A stretch of DNA of 56,074 nt from an uncultured Alphaproteobacteria bacterium (GCA_902617465.1 CACMWO010000001.1:1-56074); one strand, 5' to 3'. Numbered from the stretch's first letter, positions 1 to 10,781 are shown. Notes: a model not told the origin generated them from the letters alone. Made by a program: numbers and translations.

Positions 1-66
1 CTACATGATTGCTTTAAAATGAGGAATATATAAAATTTAATATAATTAATATATTATTTACTACAT

Positions 67-1077
67 ATGAGAATTTTTATTACTGGTTCCGCAGGTTTTA
101 TAGGATTTCACCTAGCAAAATTATTGTTAAGTGAAGGCTTTAATGTTTATGGATATGATGGTTTAACTGATTATTACGATATAAATTTAAAAAAAAATAG
201 AAATAATGCTCTTCTTAAAAACCCAAAATATATTTTTTCTCAAGGTATGCTTGAAGAAGAAAAAAATTTAGATTTTTTATTTGACAAATATCAACCTGAA
301 ATAGTTGTCCATTTAGCCGCTCAAGCTGGTGTTAGATATAGTTTAGAAAATCCAAGAAGTTACGTGAATTCTAATGTTGTGGGGACATTTAATGTAATGG
401 AAATGGCAAAAAAATATAAAGTAAAACACCTTTTGATTGCCTCAACATCTTCAGTTTATGGCTCCAATACTGATATGCCATTCACTGAGAATTCAAAAGC
501 TGATACACAGTTGACAATTTATTCTGCAACTAAAAAAGCAACTGAAAGTATGGCGCACTCTTATGCTCATCTTTGGGATTTGCCAACTACAATATTTCGT
601 TTTTTTACAGTTTATGGTCCTTGGGGTAGGCCTGATATGGCTTTATTTAAATTTGTAACTTCAATTTTAAAAGAAAAACCAATTGATATATACAATAATG
701 GTGAAATGTACCGTGATTTTACCTACGTTGAGGATTTAGTGATCTCCATTAAATTGCTTATGGATATCATACCTGAAAAATCTAAAAGCAAAATAACTAA
801 AAGCTTTGAAAGCCTTTCTCCTGTGGCACCATATCGAATTGTGAATATAGGCAACTCAAAAAAAATTAAATTACTTGATTTTATTGAAACAATTGAAGAT
901 GTTCTAAAAAAGAAAGCAATTAGAAATTATATGCCTATTCAAAAAGGAGATGTTCCAGAAACTTGGGCAGACTCAACTTTACTTGAAAAACTCACTGGCT
1001 ACCGTCCAAATACTGATTTTCAAATAGGGGTAGCTCAATTTATAAAATGGTACAAAGATTATTATAATATTGAGTAA
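67..1077 (+). CDS. NAD-dependent epimerase, UDP-glucuronate 4-epimerase-like (LpsL/CapI type)
   Basis: TGSAGFIG, HLAAQAGVRYSLENP, YSATK, RFFTVYGPWGRPDMA and GDVPETWAD motifs. Confidence 0.9.
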   Translation: MRIFITGSAGFIGFHLAKLLLSEGFNVYGYDGLTDYYDINLKKNRNNALLKNPKYIFSQGMLEEEKNLDFLFDKYQPEIVVHLAAQAGVRYSLENPRSYVNSNVVGTFNVMEMAKKYKVKHLLIASTSSVYGSNTDMPFTENSKADTQLTIYSATKKATESMAHSYAHLWDLPTTIFRFFTVYGPWGRPDMALFKFVTSILKEKPIDIYNNGEMYRDFTYVEDLVISIKLLMDIIPEKSKSKITKSFESLSPVAPYRIVNIGNSKKIKLLDFIETIEDVLKKKAIRNYMPIQKGDVPETWADSTLLEKLTGYRPNTDFQIGVAQFIKWYKDYYNIE

Positions 1078-1080
1078 TTT

Positions 1081-1884
1081 TTAAAATTGATTTTTACGTT
1101 TGTAAATCGCATATTTTAAAATAGATAAGAAAGCACCAACGGCTCCTCCAAAAAATAAAAATATACAAAGTTTTATTAGAGAAAAATTTGCTGGTTTATT
1201 TAAATTTACTGGCAATGATGGTGGCTCAATAATCAAAGCTTTTTCTCCATTATTTACAGAATTAAGATATCTATCTATCTCATTTAAATGATAAATATAG
1301 CTAGCCGTAGGATGACTAGGGTGATTAGAATTATATTCTTTATATTCTTTGATTATCATTTTGTATTCATTTTTCGCATATGAGATAAGCTTAGTAGTAA
1401 GCATGTCATTAATAAAATTTGAGTATTCATATAGTTCTGTAAATGATGAAATTTTATTCATTATAATCCTTAAATGATGGTTTTCATTGTTATTTGAGTT
1501 TATAAAAATTACAGGTTGATTATCTTTATCTTTTGAAAAAATAGTATCCTCATTTAATAGAGTTTTTTTTATTTCATCGATAGTGATGTCATATTGATTA
1601 TTGGCACTTTTCCAGCTGTCAAATAAATCTTTAGAAAAAAATAATTCTTCAAAATCTGACATTACCATGAATTTGTTATAGTGGAGTGGAAGTAAATCAT
1701 TAGGTTTATAGTACATGGTAGATTTGAAAATAGGACCCTCATCAATTATATTGTTATTTTTAATAAAAAAATTAATAGAAAAAAATAAACCTGAGATAAT
1801 AGTGCAAAAAATTACAATCCACTTATGGTTCCATAATAAGAATAAAAACTCTAATAAGTCTATATCTTCTTGGATTTTGTTCAT
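1081..1884 (-). CDS. Wzz-like polysaccharide chain-length determinant (short)
   Basis: N-terminal EDIDLLEFLFLLWNHKWIV followed by a TM helix; Pro-rich segment (EPPSLP) before a C-terminal Gly-rich TM helix. Confidence 0.7.
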   Translation of the reverse strand: MNKIQEDIDLLEFLFLLWNHKWIVIFCTIISGLFFSINFFIKNNNIIDEGPIFKSTMYYKPNDLLPLHYNKFMVMSDFEELFFSKDLFDSWKSANNQYDITIDEIKKTLLNEDTIFSKDKDNQPVIFINSNNNENHHLRIIMNKISSFTELYEYSNFINDMLTTKLISYAKNEYKMIIKEYKEYNSNHPSHPTASYIYHLNEIDRYLNSVNNGEKALIIEPPSLPVNLNKPANFSLIKLCIFLFFGGAVGAFLSILKYAIYKRKNQF

Positions 1885-1953
1885 TTTTTTATGTCAGAAA
1901 ATTATATAGTTCTAATATACATCAACTAATGTAAAATGATAATGTTTAATATT

Positions 1954-3054
1954 TTAAATTTTAGATAATTTATCAAAGTATTTTTTATAATTTATATTTG
2001 GGTTATATTTTTCTTTGACAAGAGTACGGCTTTTATTTCCAAATTTAATTATTTGACTTTTATTCAAGATGAGTTGTTTTAATTTTTCAAACAGGTCTTC
2101 AATATCATTAGATTTTACAATATACCCGTTTTCACCATCTTCAGTGTAACAACTCGTATTATTAGAGTCTGTAGTTATCACAGGAAGGCCATAAGCCATA
2201 GCTTCTAGATTTGAAATAGATGCAGGTTCATTGACGGATGGTAATACAAAAAGATCATGTTTTTTATAATACTCTTTCAAATTGTTATGCCTAACATTCT
2301 CCAAAATAGTAATATCTAAATTACTCATTATACTTGCTTTTTTGATTTCTTTTATATGGTCAGAGTGTTCTTTAGTAGAACATTCCCCAATAATCGTTAA
2401 ACGAAATTTATCCTTATCTGATATTTTAGATAGCGCCTTAATCAGTAATAAATGATTTTTACGACTTATAAATTTACCAACAGTGATTAAGTTAATTTTG
2501 TCATTTAAAAACCATTTTTTCTTGTATTGATCAATAGATTGGCAAAATGGTAAATAAGTAATTTTTTTTGTATATTTTTTAAAATTAGTATTCCCAAGAC
2601 ATGGACTTATACATTCTGTTTTGAAAATTGTAATAAAAAATTCTTCAATTATTTCTTTGATACTTGAAGTTTTTTTTTTATATATCTCTCTTTGAACATA
2701 TAAAATAGTTTTTACACCTATTAATTTTGACCATAATAAATATGATAAACTCATTAAATTTAATGGATCTCTTATAATTAAAATATCGTAGTTTGTTGAT
2801 CTGAAATCAAATAATTCTCTTGCTGATGGCAAACCATATCTGTAGTCAAAAATTGTGTTATTTGATTTTAAAAATATTCTTAGTAATTTTGTAAAAATAT
2901 TTAATTTAATCAAAAGAGGTTTCAAAGATGAATGATCTTCACTTTGACCAATCCTAGTTACAAAAAAAGATACCTTATAATGATTTTCCAATAAAAACTT
3001 CACCATTGTGATTTGGTTAGTATGAAATCTTGGCGCTAAAAAAGCTATTTTCAT
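1954..3054 (-). CDS. Glycosyltransferase family 4
   Basis: VGKFISRKN and DLFVLPSVNEPASISNLEAMAYGLPVI (Ex7E) motifs. Confidence 0.9.
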   Translation of the reverse strand: MKIAFLAPRFHTNQITMVKFLLENHYKVSFFVTRIGQSEDHSSLKPLLIKLNIFTKLLRIFLKSNNTIFDYRYGLPSARELFDFRSTNYDILIIRDPLNLMSLSYLLWSKLIGVKTILYVQREIYKKKTSSIKEIIEEFFITIFKTECISPCLGNTNFKKYTKKITYLPFCQSIDQYKKKWFLNDKINLITVGKFISRKNHLLLIKALSKISDKDKFRLTIIGECSTKEHSDHIKEIKKASIMSNLDITILENVRHNNLKEYYKKHDLFVLPSVNEPASISNLEAMAYGLPVITTDSNNTSCYTEDGENGYIVKSNDIEDLFEKLKQLILNKSQIIKFGNKSRTLVKEKYNPNINYKKYFDKLSKI

Positions 3055-3217
3055 TTAAAAGGGTTTTATCTCTTTCATGCTAAATATAAATATAAAAAGC
3101 TAATTTATGAATATATAGTTTAACTATTTTAATTATATTTATTTTGAACAAACTTGAAAATATTTTGGTGAAGTTTATTAATTAACAATTATCTGAATGG
3201 CAAAATTTATATAATCA

Positions 3218-4258
3218 ATGACTCATAAGCTTAAACTATACTTAGGAACTGGCCAGCTTGGTCGTCTTGGTGATCCAGTAAAGAAAAAAAAACAATTGGA
3301 AATAATTCAAAAAAAAACAAAATTTGAAGCTGGAATACACATATCTCCAACGTATGGTAAATCATTTGCTTATTTAAAAGGTATTGATTTAGAAAAATTT
3401 ATACATCCACCTATAGTTAAAATTGATTTTTCTGATGTTTCTCACCCAATATTTCAATTACAATTAGTGCAACGATTATTAAAAAATTCTTATTATCAAG
3501 TTCAAATTGCAGGAGATTTAAGAAATAATTCTGATTACAATTTATCACCTCAAAAATTTCTAGATAAATTATCTTATTTAAAAAATCATTTTAATATATT
3601 GGGATTTTATTTGACTATATACTTTCACGATAAGATTGAGTCGCTTAATAATATACTATCATCAAATATGTTATTTGGAGTCGCTATTCACCATTCTTTA
3701 GTTGAACTTGAAGCTCATAATAAAGTTATAAAAAAAATTAAACAGCTTAATAAAAATATAATTTCTTTACGCGTATTTGGAGAGAGCCTTGATAACTATG
3801 GTAATTGGTTTTCTGAATATTGCTCTGAAGAAAAGCCTAAATCAATTCTAGATGATCAAATTAAAAATTTAGATAAATTATTATTCAAGTATAATATTAA
3901 ATCAGCTGAAGCAAGGTTAATATATGCAATGAATAACGATATTAGTGATATAGCAATTATAACACTTTCTAATGAAGATCAAGTATTTGAACTTACAAGA
4001 ATTTTGGAAAAAAAATTTCAAAACTCTCTGACAAAAGATCTAATTAAATATAATCTAAAATTTACAAATAAAAATAGAAGAGGTTTTGGTTTTAGATATC
4101 CTGCTAACAAGCTGTATTTTATTAATCACCCATTAATTAACCTTTTAAATTATTGTATTAAATTCAATGAATTTTCTCTCTTTTTTTCAATTTTAATAAA
4201 AAAACCTCTGTACCTCTTTAAATCTTTAATTAGAAGAATTATGACGAATGAGTCATAA
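3218..4258 (+). CDS. Divergent aldo/keto reductase-like protein
   Basis: LYLGTGQLG start and ISPTYGKS segment resemble the AKR LGLGT and DTAxxYG motifs; remainder divergent. Confidence 0.5.
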   Translation: MTHKLKLYLGTGQLGRLGDPVKKKKQLEIIQKKTKFEAGIHISPTYGKSFAYLKGIDLEKFIHPPIVKIDFSDVSHPIFQLQLVQRLLKNSYYQVQIAGDLRNNSDYNLSPQKFLDKLSYLKNHFNILGFYLTIYFHDKIESLNNILSSNMLFGVAIHHSLVELEAHNKVIKKIKQLNKNIISLRVFGESLDNYGNWFSEYCSEEKPKSILDDQIKNLDKLLFKYNIKSAEARLIYAMNNDISDIAIITLSNEDQVFELTRILEKKFQNSLTKDLIKYNLKFTNKNRRGFGFRYPANKLYFINHPLINLLNYCIKFNEFSLFFSILIKKPLYLFKSLIRRIMTNES

Positions 4259-4982
4259 ATTTGATTATGTTATTATAGGTGGTGGTCCAGCTGGATGTGT
4301 CCTTGCAAATTTTTTGTCGAAGTCAAATAAGGTCGCCTTAATAGATATTGCCTCTGAAAAAGTATCTGACGAAAGCTCACGTTTTTTTCCTTCGTTTATA
4401 ACTAATAACAAAAAACCCTATAGTCCGGCTTATTCTGGTGTACTCGGCGGAAATTCAGATCTGTGGTCAGGAAAAATATACCTAATTTCAGAGAAAGAAT
4501 GTAATGGTTGGCCGATAAACCATAATGATCTCTTATTTTTTTCCAAGTTACTTGCTAAACAACTAAATTTAAACCATGAACATATTTATAATATTGAGAT
4601 TAAAAGTAATACTTCTTACTATCACAGATCAAAAAGGTCTAGACTTAAAAATATATTTGATACTTTTTCTATAGGTAATAATCCTAATGTATCTGTATTC
4701 TCACTTTCAAAAATTCTAAATTTTGAATTTAGTGAAGATGCTTCAAACATTAAAAGTATAATAATTAATACAAGCAATCGTATCTTTAACTTAGAAATCA
4801 CGAAAAACACTATAATTACAGCTGGAGGTCTAGGGTCAATTCCTATAATACATCAATTATTAAATAATAATCCACATTTAGAATACAAAAATAATATTTA
4901 TCCTCTTCATGATCATGCACATTATTCGATAAAACTATCAGGTGGTAAGTATCAAAAAACGCTTAGAGAAAGGATATATTAA
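4248..4982 (+). CDS. GMC-family FAD oxidoreductase, N-terminal part (frameshifted)
   Basis: DYVIIGGGPAG FAD-binding motif, LGGNSDLWSG, ITAGGLGS, LHDH; continues in the +1 frame near the A6 run at 4954-4959. Confidence 0.8.
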   Translation: MSHKFDYVIIGGGPAGCVLANFLSKSNKVALIDIASEKVSDESSRFFPSFITNNKKPYSPAYSGVLGGNSDLWSGKIYLISEKECNGWPINHNDLLFFSKLLAKQLNLNHEHIYNIEIKSNTSYYHRSKRSRLKNIFDTFSIGNNPNVSVFSLSKILNFEFSEDASNIKSIIINTSNRIFNLEITKNTIITAGGLGSIPIIHQLLNNNPHLEYKNNIYPLHDHAHYSIKLSGGKYQKTLRERIY

Positions 4983-5634
4983 AAATAATAATTCAGAATT
5001 TGAAGATTGTTTAATATTCCATAAAAATGGAGAAATGTTAGCTATACAAATTGATGGAGGTTACACACCTGGATTTATTCAAAAAATAAGAAGTTTGTAT
5101 TTTATAAAAGAGAATATATTTTTAAAAAAAAGTTTATCTATTTTACAGATTTTAAATTCATTATTCAATTTCATGAATAAAAAGATTGGTTTAAATAAAA
5201 CTATCCCATATGAATTTTTTTTCTCCGAAAATAAAAGTTCTGGAATAATTGAAGTGGTTGGGAATAGTGAAATAGGATATTCCTTAAATATAAGTTATAA
5301 CGAAAATAAAGATCAAAAAGAAAAATTATTTAGAGAAGCTTTATATGAACTGTCATCAGATATTGGAAATTATAATTTAACTAATTTACCACCCCCATAT
5401 GTTGGTCTACACCCATCGGGGAGCATTCCTATGAAAAAAAATTATGAGCTTGGAGCTGTTGATAAAGATCTTTCAGTTTATGGCATTAAAAATTTATTTA
5501 CAGTTGGATCGCATGTTTTCCCTCAAAATGGGGTTACTAATCCGACTTGGACCATAATGACTCTAGCTTACAGATTGGCAATTAATCTCTCACAAAATAA
5601 TAGCAAATCTAAAATAAGTGATTTTAATGAGTGA
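4942..5634 (+). CDS. GMC-family oxidoreductase, C-terminal part (frameshifted)
   Basis: GLHPSGSIPM, GAVDKDLSVYGIKNLFTVGSHVFP and NPTWTIMTLAYRLA are GMC C-terminal motifs; joined product would be 461 aa. Confidence 0.8.
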   Translation: MVSIKKRLEKGYIKNNNSEFEDCLIFHKNGEMLAIQIDGGYTPGFIQKIRSLYFIKENIFLKKSLSILQILNSLFNFMNKKIGLNKTIPYEFFFSENKSSGIIEVVGNSEIGYSLNISYNENKDQKEKLFREALYELSSDIGNYNLTNLPPPYVGLHPSGSIPMKKNYELGAVDKDLSVYGIKNLFTVGSHVFPQNGVTNPTWTIMTLAYRLAINLSQNNSKSKISDFNE

Positions 5635-6736
5635 AGTCATAGAAGTAGCAATCGTTATAAATAATAAATTAATTAATTATAATTTAGGAGTAATATCACT
5701 TTTGATAAATAAATATAAAAAAAATGAAAAGCTCAATATCCTATTTATCAAAACAAACTTATTTAAAGATGAGAATATGCCATCTTTATTTAATTTATAT
5801 AAGAAACATTTAAATATACAAAATATAAAGAGCATAAATATTTTAATAACTAATCAAAAAATAAAAAAAATTGATAAATTTTTATTGAAAAGAATTAGGA
5901 AATTAAAATTCGATATTTTGATAGCAAGGGAACAGCAAAACTTAATGCCAGTTTCTGATAGATTAGTAGCCTCTATTTTGAGATATAATAATATTAGTTT
6001 ATTAGAAGATAATTTATTTGGTTACTATATAGATAAAAAAAATAATGCACTAATTAAATCATGCTACATTATATTAGCCTATATCAACAATATTTATTTT
6101 ATTTTAAATAATTTATTCATTATTAAAAATAGTTTAAACATTTGTAGAATTTTTACTCCCGAAATTAATACAATAAGAAAAATCTCTAAAAATAGAAAAT
6201 CAGTTTTTTTTCATTACAAAAAAATATTAGATAAGGAGCGTATTAAGTTTAATAACAAAAAAAATTTTAATTTTAATGATAACATTAAAGCATTAGTTCT
6301 TTTAGATTTATATCATTTCAAAACTAAAAATTTCTTTTCAAAAAAACCAAGTGTTAGTGAAATCCAGAGAGGTATCGACATATACTTTCGAATATTGAAA
6401 AAAATAATGACTAAATTTAAACTTAATCAAAATAACATTAAAATAAAATTTCATCCAATGACAGACGAATATTTATTAAGAAATTTAAAAAATTCTGTAT
6501 TAGGTGATTTTTCATTAAAAGATGAATATAAAGATTTATCTTTAGAGCTCATTTTTAATAATTTTAAAAACCTCAAATTTTGTTTCTCAATAGGTTCCTC
6601 TAGCCCCATTTTTCTAGAAGATTTGAGTCGAATAAAAAATTATGTAATTAAAACAAATGAAATTGTAAATGAGCCTAATTATATTTTTCTTAAGAGGTTA
6701 GCTATGAGTAATCAATTAGATTCCTTGAAGATTTAG
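5627..6736 (+). CDS. Hypothetical protein, bacterial sialyl/ulosonyl-transferase-like (GT38/GT52/GT80-type motifs)
   Basis: LLEDN, IKIKFHP, SLELIF and SIGSSS in the order of the D/E-D/E-G, HP and SS motifs; ATG at 5627 (track uses GTG at 5618). Confidence 0.5.
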   Translation: MSEVIEVAIVINNKLINYNLGVISLLINKYKKNEKLNILFIKTNLFKDENMPSLFNLYKKHLNIQNIKSINILITNQKIKKIDKFLLKRIRKLKFDILIAREQQNLMPVSDRLVASILRYNNISLLEDNLFGYYIDKKNNALIKSCYIILAYINNIYFILNNLFIIKNSLNICRIFTPEINTIRKISKNRKSVFFHYKKILDKERIKFNNKKNFNFNDNIKALVLLDLYHFKTKNFFSKKPSVSEIQRGIDIYFRILKKIMTKFKLNQNNIKIKFHPMTDEYLLRNLKNSVLGDFSLKDEYKDLSLELIFNNFKNLKFCFSIGSSSPIFLEDLSRIKNYVIKTNEIVNEPNYIFLKRLAMSNQLDSLKI

Positions 6737-6861
6737 TCACAATATTTAATTTTTAAGTAAACATAAATTTAATGAAGATTGGCACTAGATTTGATATTGT
6801 TTTGATAAATGTTATTGGTTTACATCAACAATTTAATGTAAAAAAATAATTGGAGTAAAAT

Positions 6862-7827
6862 TTGAAAAAAGTTTTAGTTTTAGGTGCCGGAGGATTTATT
6901 GGTGCTCACTTAGTAAAAAGACTCAGGAAAGAGGGATGTTGGGTAAAAGGTGTAGATTTAAAACTTCCACCATATGCAGAAACTCAAGCTAATGATTTTT
7001 TAAAAGGAGACTTAAGAGATCCTCTCGTATGTAGAGAAGCAATAAACACAAATTTTGATGAGGTTTATCAGCTTGCTGCTGATATGGGGGGCGCTGGATA
7101 TATTTTTGTTGGTAAAAATGACTATGACATCATGCAAAACTCAGCATCAATAAATCTCAATGTTATAGAGTTTTGCAGAAAAAAAGATATCAAGAGAATT
7201 TTTTATTCATCGTCTGCTTGTATGTATCCAGAATATAATCAATTAGACCCCGGTGATCCAAACTTAAAAGAGGACTCGGCTTACCCTGCACAACCCGACA
7301 GTGAATACGGATGGGAAAAGTTATTCAGTGAGAGATTATTTCTTGCAGCAGCTCGAAATAAAGGCCTGGAAGTAAGAATTGCAAGATATCACAATATCTT
7401 TGGTAGTGAGGGGTCATGGAATGATGGAAGAGAAAAAGCTCCTGCTGCGATGTGTAGAAAAGTTGCTTTTGCGAAAAATGGAGGAGAGATTGAAATTTGG
7501 GGAGATGGTAAACAAACTAGATCGTTTTTGCACATAGATGAGTGTTTGGAAGCAACCCTTAGACTGACCCGATCTGACTGGCAGGGTCCTGTAAATATCG
7601 GCTCAGATGAAATGGTCACCATTACTGAATTAGCAAATATTATTATGGATGTTGCAAATAAAAAGTTATCAATAAAATATATTGAAGGTCCGATTGGTGT
7701 AAAAGGAAGGAACTCAGATAACACATTATATGAAAAAAAATTAGGATGGAGAGTTTCTAAATCCTTAAAATCAGGAATTGAAAAAACGTATCCTTGGATT
7801 GAGAATCAAGTTAAGATTACAAATTAA
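6862..7827 (+). CDS. GDP-mannose 3,5-epimerase-like SDR
   Basis: LAADMGGAGYI, YSSSACMYPE, PDSEYGWEK, HNIFG and GREKAPAAMCRK; TTG start with GGAG upstream. Confidence 0.85.
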   Translation: MKKVLVLGAGGFIGAHLVKRLRKEGCWVKGVDLKLPPYAETQANDFLKGDLRDPLVCREAINTNFDEVYQLAADMGGAGYIFVGKNDYDIMQNSASINLNVIEFCRKKDIKRIFYSSSACMYPEYNQLDPGDPNLKEDSAYPAQPDSEYGWEKLFSERLFLAAARNKGLEVRIARYHNIFGSEGSWNDGREKAPAAMCRKVAFAKNGGEIEIWGDGKQTRSFLHIDECLEATLRLTRSDWQGPVNIGSDEMVTITELANIIMDVANKKLSIKYIEGPIGVKGRNSDNTLYEKKLGWRVSKSLKSGIEKTYPWIENQVKITN

Positions 7828-7877
7828 ATAGAGTTTTTTTTGTTTAATCGTTGCATTTATAACTAAGCATTTTGAAA

Positions 7878-8912
7878 ATGAAAGTTTTATATATTTCTCA
7901 AAATATGAATAATTATAGGGCAGCAATGTATCAGCAAGATGTTATGGAGGAATTTTCTAAGCAATTAAATGTAGTTTTTTATGGTCCAGGATTTAAGGGA
8001 TTTGAACCTAATGAACACATAAAAAATGTTATCAACAAAATAGGAGGAGTAGATTTTATTATTGTGGGACATTCCTGGCTATTAGATAAATCTGGAGCAA
8101 ATATTGATCCATATCCGAGTTTACACTTAGAGGACTCTCCAATTAAAAAGTATATTATTTTAAATAAAGAATACACAAATTTAGATGCAAAATTAAAATG
8201 GATAAAAGAAAAGTCTTTTGATAGAGCTTTTACCCACCATCATGATATTAATATTTTTAAAAAAAAAACATCTGTTCCTTTTTCATTTATACCATTTGCA
8301 TTCAATAAAAAATTATTTGAAAAATTTAATAGTGAAAATAAAGATATTGATTTTGCATTTAGTGGTTTATTAAAAAATATTTACCATAAGAATAATGCTC
8401 AGTCAGATGCACGAATTTTGATTATGAAAAAATTATTTTATTGTTTGGGAGACATACCAATATTTTTAAAAAAGAAATATAGTAATAATAAAATTTTTTG
8501 GAATTCATTACCTCGCTTTCCTTGGCAGCAAAAAATAGCTATTTTGATTAAAAATTATAGGTATTTAAAAAATGAGGAATACGTTAGTATGACGAAGCGC
8601 TCTCGAGTTTATCTCAACTCTTTATCTCCAGGTGGTTTGGTTGGAACAAGGTTTTTTGAAAATATGGCAAGCAAAGCTCTTGTTTTCTGTGAGGAGTCAG
8701 ACAATGTAAAGAGAATTTTTCCACAAAATTGTTATATTTCTTTTAAAAATGATTTGAGTGATTTTGAAGATAAATTTCAGATTGCTTTAAGTGATAGCTA
8801 TGAGAGAACTAAAATAGTTAATAACGCTTATGAACTTGCTATAACAAATCATTCATGGGAAAATAGAGTCAAAGATATTACCGATCAAATTTATAAACAT
8901 GATTTTAATTAA
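7878..8912 (+). CDS. Glycosyltransferase (CgeB/Glyco_trans_1_2-like GT-B)
   Basis: DIDFAFSG, RFFENMAS and HSWENRV motifs; ATG at 7878, alternative TTG at 7872. Confidence 0.7.
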   Translation: MKVLYISQNMNNYRAAMYQQDVMEEFSKQLNVVFYGPGFKGFEPNEHIKNVINKIGGVDFIIVGHSWLLDKSGANIDPYPSLHLEDSPIKKYIILNKEYTNLDAKLKWIKEKSFDRAFTHHHDINIFKKKTSVPFSFIPFAFNKKLFEKFNSENKDIDFAFSGLLKNIYHKNNAQSDARILIMKKLFYCLGDIPIFLKKKYSNNKIFWNSLPRFPWQQKIAILIKNYRYLKNEEYVSMTKRSRVYLNSLSPGGLVGTRFFENMASKALVFCEESDNVKRIFPQNCYISFKNDLSDFEDKFQIALSDSYERTKIVNNAYELAITNHSWENRVKDITDQIYKHDFN

Positions 8913-8917
8913 GAATT

Positions 8918-9610
8918 ATGAGAAATATTTTAAAAAAATTTTTATCAAATAAATTTATTTCCTCAAAGCTTGTAAAATTAGTATTAAAGACACATAATGC
9001 TACATATAAATTGGCAGCATTTTTTGGAAGTTCTTTACAAGGATACCACCCTAAACATGATATTATTAAATATGAAGAATGGTTTAATAATAACATCATT
9101 GAGGATGATGTAGTATTAGATATTGGTTGTAATACAGGAATGATGACACTAGCTATGAGCTCCAGAGCGAAATATGTTTATGGGATTGAAATAGAGAAAA
9201 AATATATAAAAATAGCTAGAGAACTCAGGCAAAAAAAAAATATTCTTTATATATGTGCTGATGCCACAGACTATAACTATACTGAGCTATCACCAATTAG
9301 TGTTGTAACACTATCCAATGTTCTGGAACATATTGAACACAGGATAGATTTTTTAAAGAAAATTATTAGCCAAATTCAGTGGAAAAATAATAACAAAAAA
9401 AAAATTCTTATTAGGGTACCTATGATTGAAAGGGAGTGGATTACTATTTATAAAAAAAATTTAGGTATAGAATATAAACTAGATAATACGCATTTCATTG
9501 AGTACACTTTTGAACAACTTGAGAACGAACTTAATTCAAGTGGTATTAATATTTTGTCACATAAGATAAGTTACGGAGAAATTTGTGCAGTATGCAAAGT
9601 ACTAAATTAG
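8918..9610 (+). CDS. Class I SAM-dependent methyltransferase
   Basis: VLDIGCNTG, YGIEIE and SNVLEHI motifs. Confidence 0.85.
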   Translation: MRNILKKFLSNKFISSKLVKLVLKTHNATYKLAAFFGSSLQGYHPKHDIIKYEEWFNNNIIEDDVVLDIGCNTGMMTLAMSSRAKYVYGIEIEKKYIKIARELRQKKNILYICADATDYNYTELSPISVVTLSNVLEHIEHRIDFLKKIISQIQWKNNNKKKILIRVPMIEREWITIYKKNLGIEYKLDNTHFIEYTFEQLENELNSSGINILSHKISYGEICAVCKVLN

Positions 9611-9659
9611 TTTTAAAAATAACTTACCAATTTTTTTCAAAATTTGATGTTGAGATAAT

Positions 9660-10781
9660 TTGAAAATTTTACATTTCATTACATCACTTGGTTCGGGAGG
9701 AGCAGAGGGAATGCTTTATCGGTTAATTAAATCCTCAGATCGCTCAGTACAACATTGCGTTATTTGTTTAAATAAGGGAGGAAAATATGTTGATTTTTTG
9801 AAGAGATTAGAAGTAGATGTTTTAGTAGTAAATCTAAAATTTATATCCTCAATAAATGGATTATTGAAAATTTATAACTTTTCCAGATCAAAAAAAAAAC
9901 AAGGTTTTAGCATTATTACATCATGGCTTCACCATGCTGATCTTATATCATGGTTTATTAAAATTATTTGTGGGTATGATGGACTGGTATGGAATATCAG
10001 AAATACAAAGCTTCAAAGAAGTAATTTCTCATTAAAAAATTGGCTAATGTTAAAAACACTCTCACTAATGAGTTACGTGGGAGTAAATAAAATTATTTCA
10101 TGTTCTGAAAATGCTGGAGCGTTCCATAAAAAATTAGGATATAAAAAAGATTATTTCCCAATTATTCCAAATGGTTATTTCATAGATAGTTCTTTAAAAT
10201 TAAATAATTCTATAAAAAAGTTTGAAGGTATATACAAAATTTTGATTGTTGCAAGATGGCACCCTATGAAAGATTTTGAAAATTTATTCCAAGCACTCGA
10301 TTTATTTAAATATAGTAAAGTAAATTTTCATTTAACTATTGCAGGTCATAACACAGGATCAGATAATCAAGAGCTTAAGAAACTAATTCAAAAATATTCA
10401 ATGACAGAGCTTTGCACTCTTCTTGGTGAAGTAAAAAATATTGACAATATCTATATGAAATCTCATGTAACTGTACTCTCAAGCGCATACGGAGAGGCGT
10501 TTCCAAATGTGTTGGCGGAGTCTATGATGAATTACACACCATGTATTAGCACTGATGTTGGAGACGCTGCTGAAATATTATCAAATATTGGTTTTGTAGT
10601 GCCCATTGGTGATTTTAAGGCCCTTACAGATGCTTTAATTAAATTTTACCAACTTTTAGTTAATAACAATGATATTTATCTGGATAAATGTTTAAAAGGA
10701 TATGATAGAGTTTTAAATAATTATAACATTTATCGTATTTCAGAGCTCTATTACAACGTATGGAATGAAATAAAAGTATGA
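9660..10781 (+). CDS. Glycosyltransferase family 4
   Basis: ITSLGSGGAE, VARWHPMKD and SSAYGEAFPNVLAESM...TDVGD. Confidence 0.9.
   Translation: MKILHFITSLGSGGAEGMLYRLIKSSDRSVQHCVICLNKGGKYVDFLKRLEVDVLVVNLKFISSINGLLKIYNFSRSKKKQGFSIITSWLHHADLISWFIKIICGYDGLVWNIRNTKLQRSNFSLKNWLMLKTLSLMSYVGVNKIISCSENAGAFHKKLGYKKDYFPIIPNGYFIDSSLKLNNSIKKFEGIYKILIVARWHPMKDFENLFQALDLFKYSKVNFHLTIAGHNTGSDNQELKKLIQKYSMTELCTLLGEVKNIDNIYMKSHVTVLSSAYGEAFPNVLAESMMNYTPCISTDVGDAAEILSNIGFVVPIGDFKALTDALIKFYQLLVNNNDIYLDKCLKGYDRVLNNYNIYRISELYYNVWNEIKV

Noticed and set aside
6862-7827. Ascorbate (Smirnoff-Wheeler) pathway via GME
   Set aside because: No GDP-L-galactose phosphorylase or other recognisable downstream steps; glycan context explains the gene better
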